Part shown: in pieces, positions 1-11,401 of the stretch
How positions within the stretch are numbered: position 1 is the first letter of the stretch
Layout: each line of letters starts with the position of its first letter
NCBI GenBank assembly: GCA_965222155.1
Contig: CBDCTH010000004.1
Location: 384,001-448,000, forward strand
DNA from: Gammaproteobacteria bacterium
GTDB taxonomy: Bacteria > Pseudomonadota > Gammaproteobacteria > Eutrophobiales > Eutrophobiaceae
Direction of reading: 5' to 3'
DNA: 64,000 nt
Made by a program: the position numbers and the translations under genes
The notes under the pieces: generated by a model
Database searches by the model: none
What the model was told of the DNA's origin: nothing
What the model saw: only the letters and a program-made list of their open reading frames with translations

Positions 1-2302
1 CGGGTATGGCCTGGTTCAGGAGTTCCGCAGTGCGCTCACCGATACTTCCCAGCCCCTTCAACTGGATCTGTAAAAAGATACCGGTATTGAAATCACCATC
101 CAGGTTGGACAGGAAACGCCGTCCCACGGCCTTGATTGAAAAACAGCAACCCTCGTATTCCATGCCGAAGAACAGGTCCAGGGAACGCGCCTCGGAGAGC
201 GCATAATTCCACCGGCCTACGAGATTCAACCTGTCGGTCACGGGCCAACTGAATGACACGTCCGATTGCTCAATGTCCGTCGGGACGCGCCGTATCAGGC
301 CGGAATCGGCTCGCCTTACCCGGTAAGCCAGGTTGACGACCTTGCTGCCGGGCGGGTCGTATTGCGCTGAAAGCACCATTTTCCGGGTTATGCTGTCTTC
401 GGTATCCCAGTATAGCTCGGCGCCCACGGTCAGATCATCGCGCAGGTTGGCAGTGGCCTCGACAATCAGGGGTGAAAGCAGGTCATCTTCCGGCGACCCT
501 ATGTCCACAAGTTCCCCCCGGACGCCCAATATCTGCCTGATGACGTTCTGGTCTTCCAGGTAAAAGGATTGGGCAACCTGGAGAGAAGCGGTTTGCTTGC
601 CGGTTTCCCGGTTGATCAGCCGGCTGCCCAGGGCCAGCGTGACCTGGTTCGTGTCACCAATCCGGTCATAGCCGCTGAACCTGTTTTCCCGGAACAGGGC
701 GTTGTAGTCCAGGTTGAAAACGGACGAATCGAATACCGGCAGGTTGGACTGATCCTCGTGGGGTATGTACAGGTAGAAAAGCCTGGGTTCCAGGGTGTGC
801 AGGTAATCGGTCGATTGCAGCCCCAGGTTGCGCTCCAGGAACACACCGCTGTCAACGCTGACTATCGGCAGGGTCCTGCTGGGGCTTTTGTTGAAAGGGC
901 CTTGTTCGGTCAGGTTGTACTGGGTATAGCGCATGCCGACTTTGGGAATCAGGTAAGCAGACTGGCTGCGTATGGGATAGCTGATGGACGGATACAGGTC
1001 GGTGCGGAACCCGGTCACGTCTGTCGTGACCCCGGTTTCATCGGTGCGGTCGAAATAAGTGATATCCGATTGCAAGTTGAGATTGATTTTCCTGTTGCCT
1101 GTCAAAGGCCGATACCTGAACTGTACCCGGGGCAGGTTTTTATAGGGCCTGGATATGACCGCGATAGATCGATCGACAACCTGGTAGCTGTGTAACCGGG
1201 CCAGCAAATTCCAGTTCCTTCCCCGGTACGTCAAATCAGCCCGGCGCGGCAGGTAGCGGGTACTGGAAACGGCCAGTTCCGCACCGAAATCCTCCAGGTA
1301 TTCCGGGTCCGATGCCCGGTTATAAATCACGGAAAGCCGGCCCCGATCAAGGAAACTCTGAGTGTGTTCAAAATTGATTATGCTGCGGTCACGGTCGTCA
1401 AAGCCGACGTCGCCGGGCAGGTATTCGATGTTCACGCTGCCCTGCCCCCGGCTGAAAAGATAGCGGTATTCAAGCATGCCCATCACGCCGCTGTTGGCGA
1501 GCACCCTGGGGGTAAAGGTTGCGTCCATGTTGGGTGAGATATTCCAGTAATAGGGTAGCCGGGTTTCAAACCCGCCGTGGCTGTTCTTGCCGATCCCCGG
1601 TGCGAGAAAGCCTGATTTTCGTTCCCGGCTCAGGGGGAAGGTGAAGTAGGGCGCATAGAAGACCGGGATATTCTTTATCTTCAGTACGATGTCCCTGCCC
1701 GAGCCCCGGTTGGTCTCATGGTCGAGGTTCAGTTCACGGGCGGAGATTCCCCAGAAATTTTCTTCAATCCCGCCGCCGTTTTCCGGCGCGCAGGTGGTGA
1801 AGGCCATGTTCTTCCCCGAAGTCAGGGTACCGGGGTCAATGAACATTTCTTCAGCCTCGCCCCAGGCGCCGCTGTCAGGGATGTAGTATCGGGCTGCGTT
1901 CGCCCTTGCCGTATTGTCGTTCAGGTCGATGTGGGCGCGGTCACCGTCAAGGAACAGGGATTCTTCCCAGAACTTCACGTCGCCGGACAGGTCAACGTAA
2001 TTCCCGGCATCGTTATGGACCGCTTCATCCGCCCGCGCCGACCAGGTATCCGTGGTCATTTCGACGGAACCCACAAGCTGCGACACGCCTTTTTCCAGCA
2101 GGTCTATCTGGTCGGCATTGACATAGGTATCGCCTTCCTCCAGATCAACATCAACCACCGGCCTGTCGGGGATCTGGAACACCACCGGGCAATACGGCCC
2201 GGTGGCAGGCGTCTCCTGCGCCGCTGCAGTGGTACCCCACAACATGGGAAATAAAATAAGGAGCCGCCAAAGGCGGCACGTCGTTCCACTGGATTCCGGC
2301 AT
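1..2302 (-). CDS. lptD: LPS-assembly outer membrane protein LptD (3' end runs off the window)
   Basis: Manual translation of both ends in the same frame gives MPESSGTTCRLWRLLILFPMLWGTTAAAQE... and the C-terminal ...YEGCCFSIKAVGRRFLSNLDGDFNTGIFLQIQLKGLG, typical of LptD. It is absent from the ORF track because the stop lies outside the window. The start is uncertain (ATG lies inside a REP). Confidence 0.88.
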   Translation of the reverse strand, partial: MPESSGTTCRLWRLLILFPMLWGTTAAAQETPATGPYCPVVFQIPDRPVVDVDLEEGDTYVNADQIDLLEKGVSQLVGSVEMTTDTWSARADEAVHNDAGNYVDLSGDVKFWEESLFLDGDRAHIDLNDNTARANAARYYIPDSGAWGEAEEMFIDPGTLTSGKNMAFTTCAPENGGGIEENFWGISARELNLDHETNRGSGRDIVLKIKNIPVFYAPYFTFPLSRERKSGFLAPGIGKNSHGGFETRLPYYWNISPNMDATFTPRVLANSGVMGMLEYRYLFSRGQGSVNIEYLPGDVGFDDRDRSIINFEHTQSFLDRGRLSVIYNRASDPEYLEDFGAELAVSSTRYLPRRADLTYRGRNWNLLARLHSYQVVDRSIAVISRPYKNLPRVQFRYRPLTGNRKINLNLQSDITYFDRTDETGVTTDVTGFRTDLYPSISYPIRSQSAYLIPKVGMRYTQYNLTEQGPFNKSPSRTLPIVSVDSGVFLERNLGLQSTDYLHTLEPRLFYLYIPHEDQSNLPVFDSSVFNLDYNALFRENRFSGYDRIGDTNQVTLALGSRLINRETGKQTASLQVAQSFYLEDQNVIRQILGVRGELVDIGSPEDDLLSPLIVEATANLRDDLTVGAELYWDTEDSITRKMVLSAQYDPPGSKVVNLAYRVRRADSGLIRRVPTDIEQSDVSFSWPVTDRLNLVGRWNYALSEARSLDLFFGMEYEGCCFSIKAVGRRFLSNLDGDFNTGIFLQIQLKGLGSIGERTAELLNQAIP

Positions 2303-3788
2303 ACGCCGGAATGACGACTCTCGCTTACATCCCTGCATCATGGCGCATGCCGTGATCCAGTGCAGCCTCCGCCCCATCATTCCGGCGTATGCGGTGATCC
2401 AGTGCAGCCTCCGCCCCGTCATTCCGGCGTATGCCGTGATCCAGTACAGCCTCTGCGCCGTCATGCCGGCGCATGTCGTGATCCGGTGTAGCCTCTGCGC
2501 CGTCATGCCGGCGTATGCCGTGATCCCGTGCAGCCTCCGCGCCGTCATGCCGGCGCATGTCGTGATCCCGTACAGTCGCCGCGCCGTCATGCCGGCGCAT
2601 GCGGTGATCCCGTACAGTCGCCGCGCCGTCATGCCGGCGCATGCGGTGATCCAGTGCAGCCTCCGCGCCGTCATGCCGGCGCATGCGGTGATCCAGTGCA
2701 GCCTCCGCCCCGTCATGCCGGCGTATGCCGTGATCCGGTACAGCCTCTGCGCCGTCATGCCGGCGCATGCGGTGATCCAGTGCAGCCTCCGCGCCGTCAT
2801 TCCGGCGTATGCCGTGATCCCGTACAGTCGCCGCGCCGTCATGCCGGCGCATGCGGTGATCCAGTGCAGCCTCCGCCCCGTCATGCCGGCGTATGCCGTG
2901 ATCCCGTACAGTCGCCGCGCCGTCATGCCGGCGCATGCCGTGATCCAGTGCAGCCTCTGCGCCGTCATGCCGGCGTATGCCGTGATCCCGTACAGTCGCC
3001 GCGCCGTCATGCCGGCGCATGCCGTGATCCAGTGCAGCCTCTGCGCCGTCATGCCGGCACATGCCGTGATCCCGTACAGTCGCCGCGCCGTCATGCCGGC
3101 GCATGCCGTGATCCAGTGCAACCTCCGCCCCGTCATGCCGGCGCATGCCGTGATCCCGTGCAGCCTCTGCGCCGTCATGCCGGCGCATGCGGTGATCCAG
3201 TGCAGCCTCCGCGCCGTCATGCCGGCGTATGCCGTGATCCCGTACAGCTTCCGCGCCGTCATGCCGGCGCATGCCGTGATCCCGTGCAGCCTCTGCGCCA
3301 TCATTCCGGCGTATGCCGTGATCCCGTGCAGCCTCTGCGCCGTCATGCCGGCGCATGCCGTGATCCCGTACAGTCGCCGCGCCGTCATGCCGGCGCATGC
3401 CGTGATCCCGTGCAGCCTCTGCGCCGTCATGCCGGCGTATGCCGTGATCCGGTACAGCTTCTGCGCCGTCATGCCGGCGTATGCCGTGATCCGGTACAGC
3501 CTCTGCGCCGTCATGCCGGCGCATGCCGTGATCCCGTGCAGCCTCTGCGCCGTCATGCCGGCGCATGCCGTGATCCCGTGCAGCCTCTGCGCCGTCATGC
3601 CGGCGCATGCCGTGATCCAGTGCAACCTCCGCCCCGTCATGCCGGCGCATGCCGTGATCCGGTACAGCCTCTGCGCCGTCATGCCGGCGCATGCGGTGAT
3701 CCAGTACAGCTTCCGCCCCGTCATGCCGGCGTATGCCGTGATCCCGTACAGCCTCTGCGCCGTCATTCCGGCGTATGCCGGAATCCAG
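2290..3788. repeat. Tandem array of ~34 x 42-bp degenerate REP-derived units, bounded by intact REP palindromes
   Basis: Unit gccgtcatgccggcg(c/t)atgccgtgatcc(ag/cg/gg)t(g/a)cag...; intact gtcattccggcgtatgccggaatccag at the right end and its reverse complement at 2290-2316. Confidence 0.95.
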
Positions 3789-3814
3789 TAAGACACATTA
3801 TTCATTATATTCAT

Positions 3815-4381
3815 TCACGCCTTCGGCAGTGTTACCCCTGTCTGGCCCTGGTATTTCCCCTTCCTGTCCTTATAAGACGTCTCGCACGCCTCATCGGATT
3901 GCAGGAAGATCACCTGGGCGACGCCCTCGTTGGCATACACCTTGGCCGGCAGTGGCGACGTATTGGAAAATTCGAGGGTGACGTGACCCTCCCATTCCGG
4001 TTCCAGCGGCGTCACGTTGACGATGATGCCGCAACGGGCATAGGTGGATTTGCCCAGGCATATCGTCAGCACATCTCGGGGGATGCGGAAATACTCGACG
4101 GTGCTGGCCAGGGCGAACGAATTGGGCGGGATGATGCACACGTCCCCCTTGAAGTCCACGAAACTGTTTTCATCGAAATTTTTCGGATCGACGATAGCAG
4201 AATTGATATTAGTGAATATCTTAAACTCATCCGAGCAGCGAATGTCATAGCCGTAACTGGAGGTGCCGTAGGACACCAGCGAGGTGGAACCGTTATGTTT
4301 GATCTGCCGGGGAGTAAAAGGTTCAATCAGGCCCCGGGTTTGCGCCATCTCGCGTATCCATTTATCGCTTTTTACCGGCAT
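3815..4381 (-). CDS. dcd: dCTP deaminase
   Basis: [46 protein letters not shown] motifs. Confidence 0.97.
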   Translation of the reverse strand: MPVKSDKWIREMAQTRGLIEPFTPRQIKHNGSTSLVSYGTSSYGYDIRCSDEFKIFTNINSAIVDPKNFDENSFVDFKGDVCIIPPNSFALASTVEYFRIPRDVLTICLGKSTYARCGIIVNVTPLEPEWEGHVTLEFSNTSPLPAKVYANEGVAQVIFLQSDEACETSYKDRKGKYQGQTGVTLPKA

Positions 4382-5473
4382 TCAGGCATTCTCGACGACG
4401 ATTTTTGGGAATTTGCTACTGAAGTCTTTCGCCCGCAACGATAATCTCGCCGCGGCCTTGCGGGCGATGGCCCGGTAAATCCCGGCAAGGGGCGAATCCG
4501 GGTTCATCGCCACGGTCGGACGCCCGTTGTCCGCGCCCTCGCGGATACTGATGTCCAGGGGCAGGGAACCCAGCAGACCGACGTCATATTGTTCGGCCAT
4601 CTGCTTCCCGCCGCCGCTGCCGAAGATGTGTTCTTCATGACCGCAGTTGCTGCAGATATGGGTGCTCATGTTTTCCACGACGCCCAGCACCGGCACCTCC
4701 ACCTTTTCAAACATCTTCAGCCCCTTGCGCGCATCGAGCAGGGCGATATCCTGGGGCGTGGTCACGATGATCGCCCCGGAGACCGGAATTTTCTGGCACA
4801 GGGTCAACTGGATGTCGCCGGTGCCCGGCGGCAGGTCTATGACCAGGTAATCCAGGTCCGACCAGTTGGTGTCGCCCAGCAACTGCTCCAGCGCCGAGGT
4901 GACCATGGGGCCGCGCCATATCATCGGCGTTTCCTCATTGACCAGGTAGCCGATGGACATGGATTGCAGGTGGTAACTGACGTTCGGTTCGATGGATTTG
5001 CCGTCAGGGCTGTCCGGCTTGGCGCGGCAACCGAGCATGCGCGGCTGGCTCGGGCCGTAGATATCCGCATCCAGGATGCCCGTCTTTGCCCCTTCCGCAT
5101 GCAGCGACAACGCCAGGTTGACGGCCGTCGTCGATTTGCCCACGCCGCCTTTGCCGGAGGCGACGGCAATCGTATTCTTGATATTGTCTACGGGTTTCAC
5201 GCCGCGCTGTACGGCATGGGATTTGATCTCCGTGGTGAAGCTCAGGTCAATCCCCTGCACACCCGGGATTTGCCGTAACCGCTCGGTGACGGCATCCCGC
5301 AGCGTGTCGATGTAACCGTTTGCCGGATAACCCATTTGCAGGGAAAGTCTGATATTATCTCCGTCAATCTGTATATCTTTCACCATATCGGCAGAGACGA
5401 TGTCCTTTTCCAGGTTGATGTCCTGCACTCCGGTCAGGGCTGTTTTGATTGCATCTGGGCTTGTATTTAGCAT
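4382..5473 (-). CDS. apbC: Fe-S cluster carrier ApbC/Mrp
   Basis: SGKGGVGKST, WRGPM, DLPPGTGD, CSNC motifs; divergent from metG as usual. Confidence 0.95.
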   Translation of the reverse strand: MLNTSPDAIKTALTGVQDINLEKDIVSADMVKDIQIDGDNIRLSLQMGYPANGYIDTLRDAVTERLRQIPGVQGIDLSFTTEIKSHAVQRGVKPVDNIKNTIAVASGKGGVGKSTTAVNLALSLHAEGAKTGILDADIYGPSQPRMLGCRAKPDSPDGKSIEPNVSYHLQSMSIGYLVNEETPMIWRGPMVTSALEQLLGDTNWSDLDYLVIDLPPGTGDIQLTLCQKIPVSGAIIVTTPQDIALLDARKGLKMFEKVEVPVLGVVENMSTHICSNCGHEEHIFGSGGGKQMAEQYDVGLLGSLPLDISIREGADNGRPTVAMNPDSPLAGIYRAIARKAAARLSLRAKDFSSKFPKIVVENA

Positions 5474-5705
5474 GGGGGATCGGTATGTCGGTTAGTAAAC
5501 GGATATTTTACATGAATTTTGCCGGTCAAGCCGGAAAAAAAGAGGCCTCCCGTACCATTCCTGCGAAAGCAGGAATCCATTTGTCGGGCCTTTTTCTGGA
5601 TTCCTGCCCCTGCTCAACAGCATACAGGGGTAAACTTTCGCAAATGGCTACGGGGCAGGAATGGTACGGGGCAGGAATGGCAACGAGGGCCTTGGTACTG
5701 ATAAG

Positions 5706-7736
5706 ATGACAACCCTACAACGCAAAATCTTTGTGACCAGCGCATTGCCCTATGCGAACGGGTCGATTCATATCGGCCACCTGCTGGAGGCGATACAAAC
5801 GGATATCTGGGTGCGGTTTCAGAAAGTCCGGGGCCACGAGTGCCTGTATATCTGCGCCGACGATGCCCACGGCACGCCGATCATGCTGAGCGCCGACCAG
5901 CAGGGCATTACTCCGGAACAACTGATTGCCCGGATCCACGCGCAGCACCAGCAGGATTACGCCGGCTTTGAGGTCGGCTTTGACAACTTCCATACCACCC
6001 ATTCCGAGGAAAACCGGGAAGTCGCGGAGGCGATATATGCGCGCCTCGATGGCGCCGGCCATATCAAGCGCCGCACCATCAGCCAGTTTTATGACCCGGT
6101 GAAACAAATGTTTCTGCCCGACCGGTTCATCCGCGGCGAATGCCCGTTCTGCCGCGCCCAGGATCAGTACGGTGACAGTTGCGAGTCCTGCAATCGGACC
6201 TACACGCCCACGGACCTGGTTAACCCCGTTTCCTCCATATCCGGCGCAACGCCGGTCAAAAAGGAATCCGAGCATTATTTCTTTGATCTCCCGGCGTTCG
6301 AGACCATGCTGCGGGACTGGGTCGGCGCCGGGCATTTGCAGCCCGAGGTCGCCAACAAGCTGGACGAATGGTTTGAGGCCGGCTTGAAGGAATGGGACAT
6401 CTCCCGTGACGCGCCGTATTTCGGCTTCGAGATCCCCGGCGCGCCCGGCAAGTATTTTTACGTATGGGTCGACGCGCCCATGGGCTACTTCGCCAGCCTG
6501 AAGAACCTGTTGGACCGGCAGGGGAGGGACCTGGAGGAGTACACGGGCGCAGACAGCAACGTCGAGATGTACCATTTTATCGGCAAGGACATCATGTACT
6601 TCCATACCCTGTTCTGGCCGGCCGTGTTGCGCGGCAGCGGCCATCGCCTGCCGAACAATGTCTTCGTCCATGGCTTTCTCACGGTCGACGGGCAGAAAAT
6701 GTCGAAATCCCGCGGCACGTTCATCAACGCCCGGACCTACCTGGATCACCTGGACCCGGAATACCTGCGCTATTATTTTGCCGCAAAATCAGGCAGCGGC
6801 GTGGATGATATCGACCTGAGCCTGGAGGATTTCCGCCAGCGCGTGAACGCCGACCTGGTCGGCAAGGTGGTCAACCTCGCCAGCCGGTGCGCGGGTTTTA
6901 TCCATAAACGTTTTGTCGGGAAACTGGCCGCAGCCATCCATGACGAAGCGCTGCTGCAGGAATTCACCGACACAAGCCAGGCTGTCGCGGCGGCCTATGA
7001 AGCCCGGGAATACGGCCGCGCCATGCGCGAGATCATGGGCTTGGCCGACAAGGCTAACCAGTACATAGACCGGCACAAGCCCTGGGAAATCGCCCGGCAG
7101 GACTCCGGTTCAGCCGAGTTGCAACAGGTCTGTTCTCTGGGTATAAACCTGTTCCGCATACTCATCATCTACCTGAAGCCGGTCCTGCCCGGCATGGCCC
7201 AGCGCGCCGAGGCATTCCTGGCCATCGACCCGCTTGCCTGGGACGACCTGGCAATGCCGTTGCTCGACCACCCGATAACGAAATTCAAGCCACTCCTCAC
7301 CCGGGTGGAACAAGACAGGATCGATGCCATGATTGAAGACAGTAAACAAGACCTTGAAGCTACGGACACCGGCACAGGTAATAAATATCTGGTCGACGAC
7401 CCCGTTGGTGCCGAGATCAGCATTGATGACTTTGCCCGGATAGACCTGCGCGTGGCAAAAATCACCCATGCCGCCCACGTAGAGGGCGCGGATAAATTAC
7501 TCCAACTGACCCTGGACCTGGACGGCGAGACCCGGAACGTATTCGCCGGGATCAAGTCCGCCTACCAGCCGCAAGACCTGGTCGGCAAGCTGACGGTAAT
7601 GGTGGCAAACCTCACCCCCAGGAAAATGCGCTTCGGCATCTCCGAGGGCATGGTGCTCGCCGCCGGTCCGGGCGCCGACGAAATATTCATCCTGACCCCC
7701 GACCCGGGCGCCAGACCCGGCATGAAAGTCAAGTGA
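5706..7736 (+). CDS. metG: Methionyl-tRNA synthetase
   Basis: [11 protein letters not shown] (HIGH), KMSKS, C-terminal tRNA-binding domain. The true start is probably ATG 5706; the upstream extension is REP sequence. Confidence 0.98.
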   Translation: MTTLQRKIFVTSALPYANGSIHIGHLLEAIQTDIWVRFQKVRGHECLYICADDAHGTPIMLSADQQGITPEQLIARIHAQHQQDYAGFEVGFDNFHTTHSEENREVAEAIYARLDGAGHIKRRTISQFYDPVKQMFLPDRFIRGECPFCRAQDQYGDSCESCNRTYTPTDLVNPVSSISGATPVKKESEHYFFDLPAFETMLRDWVGAGHLQPEVANKLDEWFEAGLKEWDISRDAPYFGFEIPGAPGKYFYVWVDAPMGYFASLKNLLDRQGRDLEEYTGADSNVEMYHFIGKDIMYFHTLFWPAVLRGSGHRLPNNVFVHGFLTVDGQKMSKSRGTFINARTYLDHLDPEYLRYYFAAKSGSGVDDIDLSLEDFRQRVNADLVGKVVNLASRCAGFIHKRFVGKLAAAIHDEALLQEFTDTSQAVAAAYEAREYGRAMREIMGLADKANQYIDRHKPWEIARQDSGSAELQQVCSLGINLFRILIIYLKPVLPGMAQRAEAFLAIDPLAWDDLAMPLLDHPITKFKPLLTRVEQDRIDAMIEDSKQDLEATDTGTGNKYLVDDPVGAEISIDDFARIDLRVAKITHAAHVEGADKLLQLTLDLDGETRNVFAGIKSAYQPQDLVGKLTVMVANLTPRKMRFGISEGMVLAAGPGADEIFILTPDPGARPGMKVK

Positions 7737-7754
7737 TTGCTTGTCCCAGCCACT

Positions 7755-8156
7755 GGCGCCTCCCCCCGTCGTCTTACCGGCGTCTCCCCCCGTCGCCTTA
7801 CCGGCGTCTCCCCCCGTCGCCTTACCGGCGTCTCCCCCCGTCGCCATGCCGGCGCCTCCCCCCGTCGCCATGCCGGCGCCTCCCCCCGTCGCCTTACCGG
7901 CGTCTCCCCCCGTCGCCATGCCGGCGCCTCCCCCCGTCGCCTTACCGGCGTCTCCCCCCGTCGCCTTACCGGCGTCTCCCCCCGTCGCCTTACCGGCGTC
8001 TCCCCCCGTCGCCTTACCGGCGCCTCCCCCCGTCGCCTTACCGGCGTCTCCCCCCGTCGCCTTACCGGCGCCTCCCCCCGTCGCCTTACCGGCGCCTCCC
8101 CCCGTCGCCTTACCGGCGACCGCTTTATCGTCATTCCGGCGAATGCCGGAATCCAG
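7755..8156. repeat. ~15 x 24-bp tandem repeat (ccggcgtctccccccgtcgcctta) ending at an intact REP palindrome
   Basis: Visible tandem units followed by gtcattccggcgaatgccggaatccag at ~8130-8156. Confidence 0.93.
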
Positions 8157-8354
8157 TCCGATAACGTGTCTCCCCTGGCTTACGACATGCCGGGGCAGGC
8201 TCCGGCGACGCTTTGTTCTACTGGATTTCCGTCCTTTGGTCCGTTGACGGCACATCCGTGTGCCACTACTCGGCCTTCGCCGGAATGACGACGGAGGGAG
8301 TCACCGGCATGGCGACAAGGGCAACGGGCCAAAATTTTTCCGATTGGTTCAGTC

Positions 8355-8936
8355 ATGACTGAATTATCATTCATCTTCCTGGCCGCCTGCCTGGCGAACA
8401 ACCTGGTGACCGACCACCTGCTCGGCGTGAGCCCCATGCTGGCGGCCGCGCAGAAAATCGACATTGCCGTGGATATGGCACTGGCCGTCACAGGCATCAC
8501 CACCCTGGTGGCGTTTATTTCCTGCCTGCTGGACACCTTGTTCATTACCCCCCTGCACCTGGAAAACTACCGGTTGATCATCATGGTCATGACCGTCGTG
8601 TGCGTCTGCCAGTTATCCCGGAAAATACCGGGCGGGTATTTCCCCCGACTGTTTGACCGGGACGGCCGGTTCTATCCGCTGTTGCTGATGAATTGCGCGT
8701 TACTGGGCGTCATACTGCTCAACGCGCAACAGGGGATCAGCCTGCTCGGCGCGCTGTTTTTCGGCGCCGGCGCCGGCCTGGGCTTCTCCCTGGTATTACT
8801 GAGCTTCAGCGCCATAAACCAGCGCCTGATCGTCACCGACCTACCCGCCCCATTCAAAGGCCTCCCCCTGCAAATGGTCACCCTGGGCATCATCTCCCTG
8901 GCCTTCTCAGGCTTCACCAGCCTGATAAAAACGTAA
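8355..8936 (+). CDS. rnfA: Rnf electron transport complex subunit A
   Basis: Hydrophobic protein with LANNLV..LLG, PLLLMNCALLG and DLPAPFKGLP motifs; first gene of the rnf cluster after metG. Confidence 0.88.
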   Translation: MTELSFIFLAACLANNLVTDHLLGVSPMLAAAQKIDIAVDMALAVTGITTLVAFISCLLDTLFITPLHLENYRLIIMVMTVVCVCQLSRKIPGGYFPRLFDRDGRFYPLLLMNCALLGVILLNAQQGISLLGALFFGAGAGLGFSLVLLSFSAINQRLIVTDLPAPFKGLPLQMVTLGIISLAFSGFTSLIKT

Positions 8937-8949
8937 TGCTGGAACTCTC

Positions 8950-9825
8950 CTAATTTGGGACACCCATAAATTGGCTCTCCTAATTTGGGACACCCATAAA
9001 TTAGAGGCACCTGATTTTTTCGATACAATTTATGGGTGTCCTGAATTAGGCATGTTGCCTGATACGGCAGTGAGATAATGTTGGAATTGATAATTGTTAC
9101 CCTGGCGCTTTATTTGCTGGCGCAGTCAGCGGCTGTGTTGTTATCCGCAGCAGGCGACACAAATACACGCGCCGGGGAAGAAACCATCAAGGCGCTGGAC
9201 GCGTTGCTGCCCCAGACCCAATGTGGCGATTGCGGCTATCCCGGATGCCTGCCTTATGCCAGGGCAATCGCTGAGCAGGACATCCCGCTAAACTTATGCC
9301 CCCCCGGCGGCGCAGTCACAGTCAGGAAACTGGAGAAATTACTCGGCATGACGTCTTACCGGCATATTGCCCCGGTGACGCCCGAAAATACCATTGCCCT
9401 GATAGACGAAGAAACCTGCATCGGCTGCGTAAAGTGCATTGACGCCTGCCCCGTCGATGCCATCGTCGGCAGCGCCAAACAACTGCACGCAGTCATCCCC
9501 GAATATTGCACAGGTTGCAAACTATGCCTGCCCCCCTGCCCGGTAGACTGCATCTCAATGATCCCCCATATTAATCCGGGACACTCATAAAAATCGGGAT
9601 ACTCCTGATTTGTAAGATGCCTAATCCAGGACATCCATAAAATCGGGATACGCCTGGTTTTTATACGATGCAATTTATGGGTGTCCTGAATTAGACTATT
9701 TTTACGTTCCATTATATGGGTGTCCTGAATTAGTCTTCCTGAATTAGCTCTGAATCAGCTTATGCAATTTATGGGTGTCCTGAATTAGTGTCCTGAATTA
9801 GTGTCCTGAATTAGCTTCTGAATTA
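8950..9825. repeat. GGACACCCAT/ATGGGTGTCC repeat clusters between rnfA-rnfB (8950-9047) and rnfB-rnfC (9573-9825)
   Basis: Multiple aatttgggacacccataaatt copies followed by inverted aatttatgggtgtcctgaatt copies. Confidence 0.9.
9078..9590 (+). CDS. rnfB: Rnf subunit B (ferredoxin-like)
   Basis: [19 protein letters not shown], two CxxCxxCxxxCP clusters. Confidence 0.93.
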   Translation: MLELIIVTLALYLLAQSAAVLLSAAGDTNTRAGEETIKALDALLPQTQCGDCGYPGCLPYARAIAEQDIPLNLCPPGGAVTVRKLEKLLGMTSYRHIAPVTPENTIALIDEETCIGCVKCIDACPVDAIVGSAKQLHAVIPEYCTGCKLCLPPCPVDCISMIPHINPGHS

Positions 9826-9871
9826 GGATAATATGCAGTGATATTGTGCTTATTTTCGGAGCAGTGGCGGT

Positions 9872-11401
9872 ATGCGTGAATTACATGATTTCCCGGGCGG
9901 GTTGTTGCTGGAGCCGCACAAGGAGATTACCGATCAGAAAATGTCTATCCTGCACCCGCTGCCGGAGCGGATGTTCCTGCCCCTGCAACAGCATATTGGC
10001 CAACCGGCTGAGCCGGTCGTAAAAATCGGCGACAAGGTATTGAAAGGACAGATCATCGCCCGCGCCGACGGCTATATAAGCGTACCCGTCCATGCCAGCA
10101 CATCCGGGAAAATATCGGATATTGGCGATTATCACGTACCGCATCCGACCGTAAGCAAAGCGCCGTGCATCGTACTGGAACCCGATGGAAACGACGCCTG
10201 GTTCGATATCAGGCCGACTGAAGAATACGATCGAACCGAACCGGCGAAACTGCAGGAGTTAATCAAGGATTGCGGCATAGTCGGTCTGGGCGGCGCAGGC
10301 TTCCCGGCCCACGTAAAATTGATGGAGGGGGTGGAAAATGCGGTCGATACGCTAATCATAAACGGCGTTGAATGTGAACCGCATATCAGCTGCGACGATC
10401 GGCTGATCCAGGAAAAAGCCTCCTACGTCGTATCCGGTGCGCGCATGATCCGTCATGCGGTGCAGGCCAGGCATTGCGTGATCGCCGTCGAGGATGACAT
10501 GCACCTGGCATACGACGCCCTGGCCGGCCTGGTTGATGATGACCTGGAACTGGTCAAAGTGCCCACCCGTTTTCCTGCCGGCAGCGAGAATCAGCTTATA
10601 AAAACACTGACCGGCAAGGAGGTCCCCAGCGAGGGCCTGCCGATCCACATCGGCATAGTCATCCACAACGTCGCCACGGCCGCCGCGGTATATCGGGCCA
10701 TCACCCGCGGCGAACCCATCGTCTCGCGCTACGTCACGGTGACCGGAAAAGTGGATAACCCCGTAAACCTGCAAGTCCTGATCGGCACGCCGGTGGAGGA
10801 TTGCCTCGCTACCTGCGGTTATCGACACAGTGAGGATAACAAGGTGATCATCGGTGGCCCCATGACCGGCCTGCGCGTTACCAGCCCCAACATGCCGGTG
10901 ATTAAGACCACCAACTGCGTCTTCATCGAAGAAAATACCCCTGTCCAGCCGGAGATGCCCTGCATCCGCTGCGGCAAATGTGTGGATGTCTGCCCGGCCA
11001 GGCTGCTGCCCCAGCAATTGTACTGGTTCGCCAAAACCGCGGATCTCGACCAGGCCCGGGAATATCGCCTGTTCGATTGTATAGAATGCGGCTGCTGCGC
11101 TTACGTCTGCCCCAGCCGTATCCCGCTGGTGCATTACTACCGCCATGCAAAAACGCAGATTGACGTTGAAGAAAACCATGACCGGGACGCCGACCTGGCG
11201 AGACAGCGCTTTATCCGGAAAAATGAACGTTTGATAAACGAGGCAGCCGAGCGGAAAGCAGCCAAAACAGACCCCGGCGCAGAGCAGGGACAAGACACCA
11301 AAGCTGCAAAAAAAGCCTATGTGCAGGACGCCCTCGCCAGGGTCCGGGCAAAACGCCAAAATCGGTTGAAACCGGAACAAAATACAGACGACTCCGGATG
11401 A
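9872..11401 (+). CDS. rnfC: Rnf subunit C
   Basis: GIVGLGGAGFP, NGVECEP, CIRCGKCVDVCP, CIECGCCAYVCPS. Confidence 0.95.
   Translation: MRELHDFPGGLLLEPHKEITDQKMSILHPLPERMFLPLQQHIGQPAEPVVKIGDKVLKGQIIARADGYISVPVHASTSGKISDIGDYHVPHPTVSKAPCIVLEPDGNDAWFDIRPTEEYDRTEPAKLQELIKDCGIVGLGGAGFPAHVKLMEGVENAVDTLIINGVECEPHISCDDRLIQEKASYVVSGARMIRHAVQARHCVIAVEDDMHLAYDALAGLVDDDLELVKVPTRFPAGSENQLIKTLTGKEVPSEGLPIHIGIVIHNVATAAAVYRAITRGEPIVSRYVTVTGKVDNPVNLQVLIGTPVEDCLATCGYRHSEDNKVIIGGPMTGLRVTSPNMPVIKTTNCVFIEENTPVQPEMPCIRCGKCVDVCPARLLPQQLYWFAKTADLDQAREYRLFDCIECGCCAYVCPSRIPLVHYYRHAKTQIDVEENHDRDADLARQRFIRKNERLINEAAERKAAKTDPGAEQGQDTKAAKKAYVQDALARVRAKRQNRLKPEQNTDDSG

Noticed and set aside
2337-3788. CRISPR array call for the 42-bp repeat
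   Set aside because: No unique spacers; inter-repeat parts are variants of one sequence; no cas genes.
2202-4444. Long ORFs (529, 455, 638 aa) over the 42-bp array
   Set aside because: Open in several frames only because the unit is a multiple of 3 and lacks stops; the translations are REP-derived (VIPAYAGIQ).
7497-8288. Pro/Gly-rich ORFs in multiple frames
   Set aside because: Artefacts of the 24-bp tandem repeat.
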